The notes under the pieces are model-generated. The model saw only the letters and a program-made list of their open reading frames with translations, made no database searches and was not told where the DNA came from. DNA of 64,000 nt from Myxococcota bacterium (GTDB lineage: Bacteria > Myxococcota_A > UBA9160 > UBA6930): positions 2,976,001 to 3,040,000 of the forward strand of contig OZ245002.1 in NCBI GenBank assembly GCA_965223415.1. Direction: 5' to 3'. The first letter of the stretch is position 1, and each line of letters starts with the position of its first letter. Positions 20,343 through 29,775 of this stretch are shown piece after piece. The position numbers and the translations under genes were made by a program.

Positions 20343-21902
20343 GTGAGCGCGCGCCCTCCCGGCTACTACGAGCAATCGCTCTGGGCCTATACCGACGCCT
20401 GCAGCTACGCCCCAGGCGAGACCGTGACGTTCTTCGTCTCGAGCCCCACTCCGGAGGTGAGCTGCAGCGTCTCGCGGGTGGGTGCGGACGAGGCGGAGGT
20501 CCACGCGCTGGCCGGCATCCGGGCGGGTCATCACGAGACCCCGGGCGACGCCTACCGGGAGGGCTGCGGTTGGCCGGACACCTTCGCCCTCCGCGTGGGA
20601 AGCGATTGGCCGAGCGGGTACTACCGGGTGCGGCTGCGCGCGGGCGAGCTCTCCGCCGAGCACTTCTTCGTGGTGCGATCGGCACGGCCCGGCGCGCAGG
20701 CGCGCCACGTGCTCGTTCTCGCCACCAACACCTACCAGGCCTACAACGGCTGGGGTGGCCTGAACCTCTACGGCAACGACGCCAGCTTCGCCGACAGTCC
20801 CGACCAGCTCGTGCACCGGCCCACGCCCGCGCCGGTGGTCGCGTGGGATCGCCCCTACTCGCGCTGCCTCGTGGCCTCCCCGGTACCGACGCGCATCCCC
20901 ACCTCCGGTCGGCGCGACATGGGCGCGCCCCTCGGGCTGCCCGACGCCACGGCCGAGCTGGTGGCCGCCGGCGCTTCGATCTGGGACATGCCGGCGGGCT
21001 TCCTCCACAAGTGGGAGCAGCAGTTCGTAGCGTGGGCCGAGCGAGCCGGCGTCGCCCTCGACTACCTCGCCCAGAGCGACCTGGACGCCGACCCGAACGC
21101 CCTCGATCCCTACTCTTCCTACCTGAGCGTCGGCCATGACGAGTACTGGACCTGGGAGGAGCGCGACGTCGTCGAGGCCTTCGTCGATGCGGGAGGCAGC
21201 GCGTCGTTCTTCTCGGGCAATACCTGCTTCTGGCAGGTGCGCTTCGAACGCGACGGCCACGCGATGGCGGGCTACAAGTTCACGGCGCCCCAGGACGATC
21301 CGGTGCTCGGGACCGACCGCCAGCACCTCGTGACGAGCCTGTGGTCGGACCCCCTGATCGGCCGGCCGGAGACGCGGATGACCGGCGTAAGCTTCGCCCG
21401 CGCGGGCTACGCGCGGGCCGGCTACGCCCTCTCCCGTGGGATCGCCGGCTACACCGTGTACCGTCCGGAGCACTGGTGCCTGGAGGGAACGGATCTCTTC
21501 TACGGAGACGTGATCGGCGACGATTCGGCGCTCGTCGCCTACGAGACCGACGGCTGCACCTTCCGCTTCGAGGAGGGGCGACCCGTCCCCACGGGTGAGG
21601 ACGGCGCGCCGACGGACTTCGAGATCGTCGGCATCGCCCCCGCGACCCTCGGCGAGCCGGATCCCCCGCCCGGCGAAGGACTGCTCGGCCGGGACGACGC
21701 CGAGTTCGTCGCCTCCCGTCTCTTCGGCGGCGACACCGAGCGGGCACTGCGAGGCCACGCGACCTTCGGGAGCTTCCGGCGCGGCCAGGGCGAGGTGTTC
21801 ACCGCAGGCACCACCGAGTGGGCGTGGGCGCTGGCAGCGGGCGATCCCTTCATCGACCGGATCACGCGCAACGTCCTGGAGCGCGCTCAAGCAGGCCGCT
21901 GA
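20343..21902 (+). CDS. N,N-dimethylformamidase beta-subunit family protein
   Basis: TNTYQAYNGWGG, SVGHDEYWT, FFSGNTCFWQVR, GTTEW motifs. Confidence 0.8.
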   Translation: MSARPPGYYEQSLWAYTDACSYAPGETVTFFVSSPTPEVSCSVSRVGADEAEVHALAGIRAGHHETPGDAYREGCGWPDTFALRVGSDWPSGYYRVRLRAGELSAEHFFVVRSARPGAQARHVLVLATNTYQAYNGWGGLNLYGNDASFADSPDQLVHRPTPAPVVAWDRPYSRCLVASPVPTRIPTSGRRDMGAPLGLPDATAELVAAGASIWDMPAGFLHKWEQQFVAWAERAGVALDYLAQSDLDADPNALDPYSSYLSVGHDEYWTWEERDVVEAFVDAGGSASFFSGNTCFWQVRFERDGHAMAGYKFTAPQDDPVLGTDRQHLVTSLWSDPLIGRPETRMTGVSFARAGYARAGYALSRGIAGYTVYRPEHWCLEGTDLFYGDVIGDDSALVAYETDGCTFRFEEGRPVPTGEDGAPTDFEIVGIAPATLGEPDPPPGEGLLGRDDAEFVASRLFGGDTERALRGHATFGSFRRGQGEVFTAGTTEWAWALAAGDPFIDRITRNVLERAQAGR

Positions 21903-21941
21903 ATCCGGGGCGCCTCCGGCCGAGCTACGCTCCCCGTCGGG

Positions 21942-23087
21942 ATGGAGCCCGGAGCCCGCGAAGACCAGGCGCTGCTGCGCGAGACCACCCGCAAGTTCCT
22001 CGAGGCGGAGGTGCCCCTCACCACCGTGCGGGCGCTGGCAGACGAGGCCAACGGCTTCGACCGCGGCTGGTGGAAGCGCGGCGCGGAGCTCGGCTGGACG
22101 TCGATGCTCGTCCCCGAGGAGCATGGAGGCGGCAGCCTGGGCGGCGGTCTCGCCGATCTGGCGATCGTGGCGGAGGAGAGGGGCCGGCTCGTCTCGCCCG
22201 GGCCCTTGCTGCCAACGAACGTGGTCGCCGCAGCGGTGGCCGCGCGCGGAACGCCGGACCAGCGCGAAGCCATCCTGCCGGCGATCGTCGAAGGCGACCT
22301 GGTAGCGAGCTGGGCCCTGGCCGAGCCGGGCGGGCGTTGGCTGGCCGGAGACCTGACCGCGACTGCCGAGGCTCGCGGTGACGACTTCGTCCTCCACGGC
22401 ACCAAAGCGCCAGTGGAGGCAGGCGCCCAGGCGGATCACCTGCTCGTGACCGCACGCAGCACCGACGGTCCGATCCAGCTCCTCGTGCCCGCCGATGCGC
22501 CGGGGCTGCAGCGCGTCCCGATGGAGAGCATCGACCTGGTGCGCCGCTTCGCCGAGCTGCGCTTCGACGACGTCGTGCTCCCGCGTTCGACGTTGCTAGG
22601 CGAAGCCGGGACCGCCGCTGGGGACGACATCGAGCGCCAGCTCCAGATCGCGGTGGCCCTGCAGTGCGCCGAGACCGTCGGCGCCGTGGAGCGGGTGTTC
22701 GAGACGACCCTCGCCTACATGTTCGAGCGCTTCTCCTTCGGCCGCCCTCTCGCGTCCTACCAGGCCCTGAAGCACCGCTTCGCGGACATGAAGATGTGGC
22801 TCGAGGCGTGCCACGCCAGCGCCGAGGCCGCCGCCCTCGCGGTGGAGGCTGGGAGCGAAGAGGCCGCGGTGCTCGCCAGCGCCACGAAGTCCTACGTCGG
22901 CGACCACGGTGTGCAGATCCTCCAGGAGTGCGTCCAGATGCACGGGGGCATGGGCGTTACCTGGGAGCACGACGCGCACCTCTACCTGCGCCGCGCCACC
23001 CAGAACCGCGGCCTCTACGGAACGCCGAGCGAGCACCGGGAGCGGATCGCTGCGCGGATCGGCCTCGACGGCGAGGAGACGGCATGA
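21942..23087 (+). CDS. Acyl-CoA dehydrogenase family protein (short partner subunit)
   Basis: RFSFGRPLASYQALKHRFADM, QMHGGMGVTWEH. Confidence 0.9.
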   Translation: MEPGAREDQALLRETTRKFLEAEVPLTTVRALADEANGFDRGWWKRGAELGWTSMLVPEEHGGGSLGGGLADLAIVAEERGRLVSPGPLLPTNVVAAAVAARGTPDQREAILPAIVEGDLVASWALAEPGGRWLAGDLTATAEARGDDFVLHGTKAPVEAGAQADHLLVTARSTDGPIQLLVPADAPGLQRVPMESIDLVRRFAELRFDDVVLPRSTLLGEAGTAAGDDIERQLQIAVALQCAETVGAVERVFETTLAYMFERFSFGRPLASYQALKHRFADMKMWLEACHASAEAAALAVEAGSEEAAVLASATKSYVGDHGVQILQECVQMHGGMGVTWEHDAHLYLRRATQNRGLYGTPSEHRERIAARIGLDGEETA

Positions 23088-24322
23088 GCGAGAGCGTCCC
23101 GGCCTTCCGCGAGCGGGCCCGGGCCTGGCTCGCCCGGAACCTGCCGCCGGACACCGGAGCCCTCTGGGCCCTGGGCGACATGGAGCGCTGGGACCGGGCC
23201 CGGGAGCTGCAACGGCAGCTCTTCGATGCGGGCTTCGCCGGCCTCTGCTTCCCGGAGGCGTACGGCGGCCGGGGCCTGAGCGTCGCCCACCAGCGCGCCT
23301 TCGAGGCCGAGTCGGAGGGCTACGAGATGCCGACGCCCCTCGACATCCCGACCTTCGGCATCATCGCCGCGACGCTGCTGGATTTCGGCACCGAGACCCA
23401 GAAGGAGCGCCACCTCCCCCGCATCCTGCGCGGCGAGGAAATCTGGGTGCAGCTGCTCTCGGAGCCGACGGGAGGCTCGGACCTGGCCTCGGTGCTCACC
23501 CGCGCGACGCCGAAGGGCGACCACTTCCTGCTGAGCGGCTCCAAGGTGTGGAGCTCCGGCGCCTACGCCGCCGACTACGGCCTGTGCGTCTGCCGCACCA
23601 ACTGGGACGTGCCGAAGCACGACGGCATCAGCGTGCTGATCGTGAAGATGGACGCACCCGGCGTGACCGTGGACCGCATCCGCGGCGTCGCCGGCGACGA
23701 CGAGTTCTGCCAGGAGTTCTTCGACGACGTGCGCATCCCGGCGGACGACGTGGTCGGCGAGGTGGACGCCGGATGGACCGTGGTGCGCGGGCTCCTCGGC
23801 CACGAGCGCAACTCGATGGGGAGCGCCTCCCCCTACGCGCCGGGGCCCAGCCGGGTGATCGCGCCCAACGCCAAGACGGAGCTCGTCGGGTTGGCCCGGC
23901 TGCGCGGCCTGGCCAAGGATCCGCGTGCGCGGCAGCTCGTGGCCGAGGCCCACGTGCTGGGCCTCGTCCAGGGCCAGACCGCACGACGGGTGACCGGCGC
24001 CATGACCCGCGGCGAGCTGCCGCCCCCCGCCGGCGCCATCCTGCGCCTGATGGGCGCGCGCCACGCGGTGCGCCGCACCGACATCGCCCTCGAGCTGGCC
24101 GGCGACGGCGCCGGGGTGTGGCACGAGGGCGATGCGGAGGGCCTCGTCGGCACCCGCTACCTGGCGCGGCAGGGCAGCGAGCTCGGCGGCGGCAGCACCG
24201 AGATCCAGCGCAACATCGTGAGCGAGCGCGTGCTCGGCATGCCGCGGGAGCCGGCAGCCGACCGCGGTGTACCCTTCAACCAGGTGCGGCGGAACGCTCT
24301 GCCCGGCCGCACGACGGACTGA
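23084..24322 (+). CDS. Acyl-CoA dehydrogenase family protein
   Basis: WVQLLSEPTGGSDLA, GSKVWSS, GGGSTEIQRNIVSERVLG; ATGA overlap with upstream gene. Confidence 0.9.
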   Translation: MSESVPAFRERARAWLARNLPPDTGALWALGDMERWDRARELQRQLFDAGFAGLCFPEAYGGRGLSVAHQRAFEAESEGYEMPTPLDIPTFGIIAATLLDFGTETQKERHLPRILRGEEIWVQLLSEPTGGSDLASVLTRATPKGDHFLLSGSKVWSSGAYAADYGLCVCRTNWDVPKHDGISVLIVKMDAPGVTVDRIRGVAGDDEFCQEFFDDVRIPADDVVGEVDAGWTVVRGLLGHERNSMGSASPYAPGPSRVIAPNAKTELVGLARLRGLAKDPRARQLVAEAHVLGLVQGQTARRVTGAMTRGELPPPAGAILRLMGARHAVRRTDIALELAGDGAGVWHEGDAEGLVGTRYLARQGSELGGGSTEIQRNIVSERVLGMPREPAADRGVPFNQVRRNALPGRTTD

Positions 24323-24335
24323 CCAGGAGAAGGCC

Positions 24336-25544
24336 ATGCCTCGCGAGATCGACTTCCCCGTCTTCGACGCCGACAACCACCTCTACGAGACCCCGGAGGC
24401 CTTCACCCGTCACCTCCCGAAGCAGTACGAGGACCTGATCAAGTACGTGGAGGTGAAGGGCCGCACCAAGGTCGCGATCCAGAACCGCATCTCGGACTAC
24501 ATCCCGAACCCCACCTTCAACGTCGTCGCGCCGCCGGGCGCCTGGGAGGAGCGCTACAAGCACCAGAACCCGGACTCGAAGACGAAGCCCGGACAGGAAG
24601 CGAAGAAGCCGGTGCCGCGCTCGGTCCCCTCCATCCCGGCGTACTTCGAGCCCGAGCCCCGGCTGAAGCTGCTGGACGAGCTCGGCATCGACCGCGCGCT
24701 CATGTGGCCCACCCTGGCGAGCGTGCTCGAGGAGCGCCTCGCCGCGGATCCAGTCGCCACCCACGTCGTCGTGCACGCCTTCAACCAGTGGCTCCACGAG
24801 CAGTGGAGCTTCGACTACGAGGGCCGGATCTTCACCACGCCGGTCATCACGCTGCCCATCGTCGAGCGCGCGATCGAGGAGCTCGCCTGGGTGGTCGAGC
24901 GCGGCGCGAAGGCGATCCTGATCCGGCCGGCGCCGGTGCCCGACTTCAACGGCCGCCGCCGCTCCTTCGCCCTGCCCGAGTTCGACCCCTTCTGGGAGGC
25001 CGTCCAGGAGGCGGACATCCTGGTGGGCATGCACGCCTCGGACAGCGGCTTCCAGCGCTACCTGAACGAATACGAGGGATGGGACGACGAGTTCCTCCCC
25101 TTCAAGGGCGGGCGCAGCGCCTTCTCCGCCCTCGTGAACGCCGACAACCGCCCGATCACCGACGTGCTCAGCTCGGTCATCGGCCACGGCCTGGCGACCC
25201 GCTTCCCCAGGCTGCGCATCCTCCCCGTCGAGAACGGCAGCGCCTGGGTGCGACCGCTGGTGCAGAAGTTCCAGCGCGTCTACGAGCGCTCCCCGCAGCT
25301 CTTCGACGAGGATCCGATGGGCGCCTTCCGGCGCTGCGTCTGGGTGCACCCCTTCCACGAGGAAGACCCGGTGGGCCTCGCGGAGCTGATCGGCGTGGGG
25401 AACGTGTGCTTCGGATCGGACTACCCACATCCGGAGGGGATGAGCGACCCGGTGTCCTTCGTCGACGAGCTGGGCGCCCTGCCGGCCCAGGATCAGGCGA
25501 GGATCATGGGCGGGAACCTCGCCGGGATCATGAAGGTGGCCTGA
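24336..25544 (+). CDS. Amidohydrolase_2 family protein
   Basis: DADNH, GMHASD, VENG, FGSDYPHPEG. Confidence 0.9.
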   Translation: MPREIDFPVFDADNHLYETPEAFTRHLPKQYEDLIKYVEVKGRTKVAIQNRISDYIPNPTFNVVAPPGAWEERYKHQNPDSKTKPGQEAKKPVPRSVPSIPAYFEPEPRLKLLDELGIDRALMWPTLASVLEERLAADPVATHVVVHAFNQWLHEQWSFDYEGRIFTTPVITLPIVERAIEELAWVVERGAKAILIRPAPVPDFNGRRRSFALPEFDPFWEAVQEADILVGMHASDSGFQRYLNEYEGWDDEFLPFKGGRSAFSALVNADNRPITDVLSSVIGHGLATRFPRLRILPVENGSAWVRPLVQKFQRVYERSPQLFDEDPMGAFRRCVWVHPFHEEDPVGLAELIGVGNVCFGSDYPHPEGMSDPVSFVDELGALPAQDQARIMGGNLAGIMKVA

Positions 25545-25782
25545 CCTCGGCCTGATCCTCCAGCGGCTTCCAGTGGAAGAGGCCGTAGATCAGGGTCTGC
25601 ACGAAGTGCTGCGCCATGGAGCCGCCCGCGGCCTCCATGACCGGACGCTTCACCACGAATTCGGCCACGTGGGCGATCAACGTGGCCCAGAAGGCGACGT
25701 GCCCCGCCGTCTGCACCCAGCCCGTTCCCCAGACGATCGCGGCAGCCGCTCCCAACCAGAGGATCCACACGCTGTACTTCAC
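25528..25782 (-). CDS. Small membrane protein (DUF1145/YhhL-like)
   Basis: Hydrophobic; AHVAEF...HFVQTLIYGLFHW; start uncertain (25782 or 25800). Confidence 0.6.
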   Translation of the reverse strand: MKYSVWILWLGAAAAIVWGTGWVQTAGHVAFWATLIAHVAEFVVKRPVMEAAGGSMAQHFVQTLIYGLFHWKPLEDQAEVRPPS

Positions 25783-26075
25783 GCTCTTCCTCCCGTGCAA
25801 CGGCAGCCTATCACAGCGATGGGGCTACCCGATCGGTGGCGGTCGGAGCGCGTCGATGCCTGCGGCGGAAGGGGGCTGGAGATCGGGCGCCGTGAGGTCG
25901 AGCTCGCCCCCCCTGAGTCGGCCCGACGAGGGCTCGCCACCAGTTGGCGATCGAGCCCGCGCCCAGACACAAGGAGGCCACGCCCAGCGCCGCGGCGAAG
26001 AGAGGAACGTGCACCCGGGGCGCCGTCGAAGACGGCGGCGACCTCGGGGCTCTGGATCGACGTCGTCCCTGAACG

Positions 26076-27128
26076 CTAGGCGAAGTTCGCTTGTGCCTCG
26101 GTCGCCGCGACCACGTTCTCCTGCAGGTGGGCGAGCGTCCCCATGTCGGCGTTGACCACGTCGAGACCATTGGCGAGGACGTAGGCGTAGCTGCGCTGGA
26201 AGGGCGAGAGGGCGGCGGCCAGGAGCTTCGCGTCGTAGTAGCCGTCGAAGGCCTCGAGCTTCTTCCACCAGCCGAGGACCGGCAGGCCGGCGATGTGCCG
26301 GGCCGCCTTCATGCCGACGAGGCCGATCCCGGCCGCGCGGGCCTTCTCGAGCACGGGCCGGAGCTCGCTCATCGGCGGCGTGCCCTCGAGCACGCCCTTG
26401 CTCTCCCAGTCGTACCAGCCGGCCGGCGTGATGGCGATCATCGCCAGGTCGTACCGGCCCGTCTCCGCCGCCGCGAGCAGCACCTTCTCCGCATTGCGGT
26501 GGGTGCTGAGGCCCAGGTGCGTGACCTTCCCGGCCTGCTTCGCGTCCTGGAAGGTCCGGTAGATCTCGTCGCTCGCAATGAGCGAGGGGTTGTACGAGGC
26601 CATCAGATAGTAAGCGTCGACGTGGTCGACCTGCAGCTCCCGGAGGCTCTGCTCGAGGCGTCCCTGCCAGATGACGGCCGCCTGCTTCGCCTGCTGGGCG
26701 GTGACCTCCTGGTTCGGCTCGGCCTCGACGTCCGCCGGCGCCTTCGAGATGAGGAAGATCTCGTCGCGTGCCTTCTTGAGGAACGGAGCCAGGTTCGTCT
26801 CGGCGTTGCGGTAGTAGCCGCTGTAGCCCACGTCGAAGACGTTGATCCCGGCGTCGCGGGCCGCCTGGAGCAGGGCGTCCTTGGGCCGGAACATGAGGGC
26901 GGCACCGCAGCCGAACACCAGGCGACTCGCGTTCCAATCGGTGCGGCCGAGCTTGCGGTAGGTCATCTCCGGCCAGGCGGCCTCGGCGCCGCCGGCCTCC
27001 CGTGCGGCGTAGATGGCGGCTCGGGCGTCCCCCGAATCGAGGAGCGTCTTCCAGGCGACGGCGAGCATGGCGCTGGCCTGGAGAAAGCGCCGGCGGGTGA
27101 GGGAAGCGGACTCGGGGTCGGGTCCCAT
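26076..27128 (-). CDS. Aldo/keto reductase with twin-arginine signal
   Basis: TRRRFLQ; MTYRKLGRT...FDVG...Y...LISK...SLRELQVDHVD. Confidence 0.85.
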   Translation of the reverse strand: MGPDPESASLTRRRFLQASAMLAVAWKTLLDSGDARAAIYAAREAGGAEAAWPEMTYRKLGRTDWNASRLVFGCGAALMFRPKDALLQAARDAGINVFDVGYSGYYRNAETNLAPFLKKARDEIFLISKAPADVEAEPNQEVTAQQAKQAAVIWQGRLEQSLRELQVDHVDAYYLMASYNPSLIASDEIYRTFQDAKQAGKVTHLGLSTHRNAEKVLLAAAETGRYDLAMIAITPAGWYDWESKGVLEGTPPMSELRPVLEKARAAGIGLVGMKAARHIAGLPVLGWWKKLEAFDGYYDAKLLAAALSPFQRSYAYVLANGLDVVNADMGTLAHLQENVVAATEAQANFA

Positions 27129-27169
27129 CGCTGACTCCTGGGAAAGAGGTAGGGAGAGGATACAGGCGT

Positions 27170-28147
27170 TCAGGACTGGCGCGCGAAGGCCAGCGCGCGC
27201 TCGGTCGCCCGGCGGCCCTCGGCGATGGCCTCGTCGCCGCGATCGAGATCGAGCAGCGCGAAGTCCGGCAGCCGCGGCGTCACCAGCAGGTCCGGCGGCT
27301 CGCCGGCCATGCGGCTGCGCGTGATCCGCACCTGCATGATGGCGAGGCTGTTCGCGAGCACCTCGTAGAGGGAGGGCTGGCTCGGATCCCGCGGCGGGTC
27401 CGTGGCCGCGACCCGCTGGCGCAGCTCCCGCGCCCAGGCCTCCACCGTGGCACGGAGCCGGCTCTCCTCACCGCCGTCGGCCTCTTCGCCGGCCTGCTCC
27501 AGACTCGCCGTGTCCGTCGCCTCGCCGCTCTCCTCGCTCGCGGGCTCGGTCTCGGCGGCGATCCGCGCCTGGATGTCCCGGCGTCCGAGCAGGATGGTGT
27601 TGAGGTCCACCGCGATGACGCTGTCCGCGCCCATCGCTCGGCACAGCGAGATCGGCACCGGGTTCACGAGGCCCCCGTCCACCAGCCAACGCCCCGCCCG
27701 GCCGGCCGGCGTGATCAACCCAGGCATGGCGACGGACGCGCGCAGCGCCTCGTGCAGCGAGCCCTCCCGCAGCCACACCTCCTGGCCCGTGGCGAGATCG
27801 GTCGCGACGGCGCCAAAGGCCCGGGGTAGCGCCGCGATGTCGCAGTCCGGCAGCTCCGGCGACATGAAGGAGAAGAACTGCGTGCCCTTCAGCAACCCGC
27901 CGCGGAAGGAGAGATCGAGGTTGCGCAGCACCCGCGTTCGGTCGAGGCCTGCCACCCACTTCTCGAAGGCGTCGAGGTTGCCCGACGCGTACGCCGCACC
28001 GACGACTGCGCCGACGCTGCTGCCACTCACCACCTCGGGCTCGATGCCCGCGGCCTGTAGCGCACGGATCACCCCGATGTGCGCCCAGCCGCGGGCGGCG
28101 CCGCTGCCGAGGGCGAGACCGATGCGGCCGGGGAGGAGGGTCGACAT
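27170..28147 (-). CDS. Patatin-like phospholipase (RssA/NTE family)
   Basis: LGSGAARGWAHIG, GSSVG, VDGG motifs. Confidence 0.9.
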   Translation of the reverse strand: MSTLLPGRIGLALGSGAARGWAHIGVIRALQAAGIEPEVVSGSSVGAVVGAAYASGNLDAFEKWVAGLDRTRVLRNLDLSFRGGLLKGTQFFSFMSPELPDCDIAALPRAFGAVATDLATGQEVWLREGSLHEALRASVAMPGLITPAGRAGRWLVDGGLVNPVPISLCRAMGADSVIAVDLNTILLGRRDIQARIAAETEPASEESGEATDTASLEQAGEEADGGEESRLRATVEAWARELRQRVAATDPPRDPSQPSLYEVLANSLAIMQVRITRSRMAGEPPDLLVTPRLPDFALLDLDRGDEAIAEGRRATERALAFARQS

Positions 28148-28212
28148 GGGGCTCTTCAGGGTAGGGACGCGGAGGGGCGCGGTCGACGACGAGGCGGCGC
28201 CGCTGCGACGAG

Positions 28213-28572
28213 CTAGGCGTAGGACGACTCCCGGAACCGCTTCCGGCCCACGCGCAGGATCCGCGCCCCCAGCACCACCACGGTCGCCACGCTGTTGATC
28301 GGTGCGAGCACCAGCGCGAGCCAGCTCTCGCCGAGGTCGAAGAGCGCCGTCGAGAGCGCCTGGGCCAGGAGCACCGCGAGCTCCTGGAGAGGCACGAACA
28401 GGAGGCCCCCGGCCACCAGGAGGAGCGCCGCCGCGCCGATCCATCCCGTCTCGGCGCGGAGCCGCGCGAAGCGCGTTCGCCTCATCACCTGGGCCGTGAA
28501 CGCCTCGCCGCCCAGCTCCTGCCGGGCTTCGCCGAACAGGGCCTCCAGGGTCGGATCCCGCTCGTCCGTCAT
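28213..28572 (-). CDS. Small membrane protein, probable anti-sigma factor
   Basis: MTDERDPTLEALF...FTAQVMRR followed by TM helices; overlaps the sigma stop codon. Confidence 0.6.
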   Translation of the reverse strand: MTDERDPTLEALFGEARQELGGEAFTAQVMRRTRFARLRAETGWIGAAALLLVAGGLLFVPLQELAVLLAQALSTALFDLGESWLALVLAPINSVATVVVLGARILRVGRKRFRESSYA

Positions 28573-29138
28573 CGTGCTTCCTCCGCTCCGGGCTCGTCGC
28601 GATAGGCCGACAGGATCTCCCGAAGCTGCTTCGTGCCGCGTTGGATGTGGGACTTCACCGTGCCGAGCGGCTTGCCGACCAGCGCCGCGATCTCTCCGTG
28701 GCTCATCCCTTCGTGGTACGAGAGCACGATGCAGAGCCGCGCGCTCTCGGGCAGCGTCGCGAGGGCCGCGTCCAGATCCATGCCCTCGGCGGGCGCGTCG
28801 CGGGGTGCCACGGCGCGATCGGCCAGCTCGTCCGCCCCGCGCAGCGCGTCCTTCCTCCGCAGGTGCTGGAGCCACACCGAGATCGCCACCTTTCGCGCCC
28901 AGGCGCCGAAGGCCTGGGCTTGCTTCAATGTGCGCAGGCGCAGCCAGATCTGGAGGAGCGCCTGCTGCGCCAGATCGTCCGCCAACGTCGGATCGCCGCA
29001 GCAGCGCCGCATCAGGTTTCGCAGCCAGGATTGCCGCCGCCGCACGAGCTCCCCGAACGCCCGGCGATCGCCGCCCCGCGCCAGACTCACCAGGAACGCC
29101 TCCGGGCATTCCGGGTAGTACTCGTGCAGCTTCCGCAC
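28569..29138 (-). CDS. ECF RNA polymerase sigma factor
   Basis: Region 2 AFGELVRR...ADDLAQQA; region 4 EGMSHGEIA...GTVKSHIQRG. Confidence 0.9.
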   Translation of the reverse strand: MRKLHEYYPECPEAFLVSLARGGDRRAFGELVRRRQSWLRNLMRRCCGDPTLADDLAQQALLQIWLRLRTLKQAQAFGAWARKVAISVWLQHLRRKDALRGADELADRAVAPRDAPAEGMDLDAALATLPESARLCIVLSYHEGMSHGEIAALVGKPLGTVKSHIQRGTKQLREILSAYRDEPGAEEAR

Positions 29139-29143
29139 GGATG

Positions 29144-29578
29144 CTAGGCGTCCAGCCGCCCGAGCTCCGCGTCGTCGTCGCCCTCGTACCAGCGCGCCGT
29201 GATCCGGGCGGCGATCAGGCATCCCACACCGAGGCACGCACACAACGCGCCGGCCCCGGCGACCGGATAGAAGACCTTCGCCGAGAGCGAGCTCAGGAAG
29301 AACGCGAGAACGACCAGCCCGACCGACACCGGCAGCAGCCAGAGCGCCGTGATCTTGAAGTCCCGATCCGGCCGCCCGCTGCCGCCTTCACCGGCGGCCA
29401 GCAGCTTCTCCAGCAGCCGCTGATCGATCGCCTGCCCGCTCTCGATCAGCCGCCGCACCGTCTCGTGCTGCGCCTCGCGCTTGCGGATGCCGTTCCAGGT
29501 GCTCGCCAGCACCGCGCAGGCCACGAAGCCCCAGAAGGCGAGGGCCGCCAGCCCTGCGCCCAGACCCAGCTCGTCCAT
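29144..29578 (-). CDS. Membrane protein (DUF6249-like) at head of the ECF operon
   Basis: TM, then RKREAQHETVRRLIESGQ, then two TMs; GAGGGAG RBS. Confidence 0.65.
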   Translation of the reverse strand: MDELGLGAGLAALAFWGFVACAVLASTWNGIRKREAQHETVRRLIESGQAIDQRLLEKLLAAGEGGSGRPDRDFKITALWLLPVSVGLVVLAFFLSSLSAKVFYPVAGAGALCACLGVGCLIAARITARWYEGDDDAELGRLDA

Positions 29579-29775
29579 GTCCGTCTCCCTCGAGGTGGTT
29601 GCTGATGGTGGAGAGGATGCGGGCGAGGGCGGTTTGGATGCACGAGAGCGAAAAACGGCGGAGAACGGAGCCGGGGGGACTCGAAAACCCGAGTGCGGAC
29701 GTGCGGTTGCGTAGACAAGGCAGGCCGGGTGTGCAGCCACGCCAGGCACGGTCGCGCCGATCTGCAGGTTCGAGA

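Noticed and set aside
25811..26060. Hydrophobic reading frame between the small membrane gene and the AKR gene
   Set aside because: No credible start or motif; at most a fragment.
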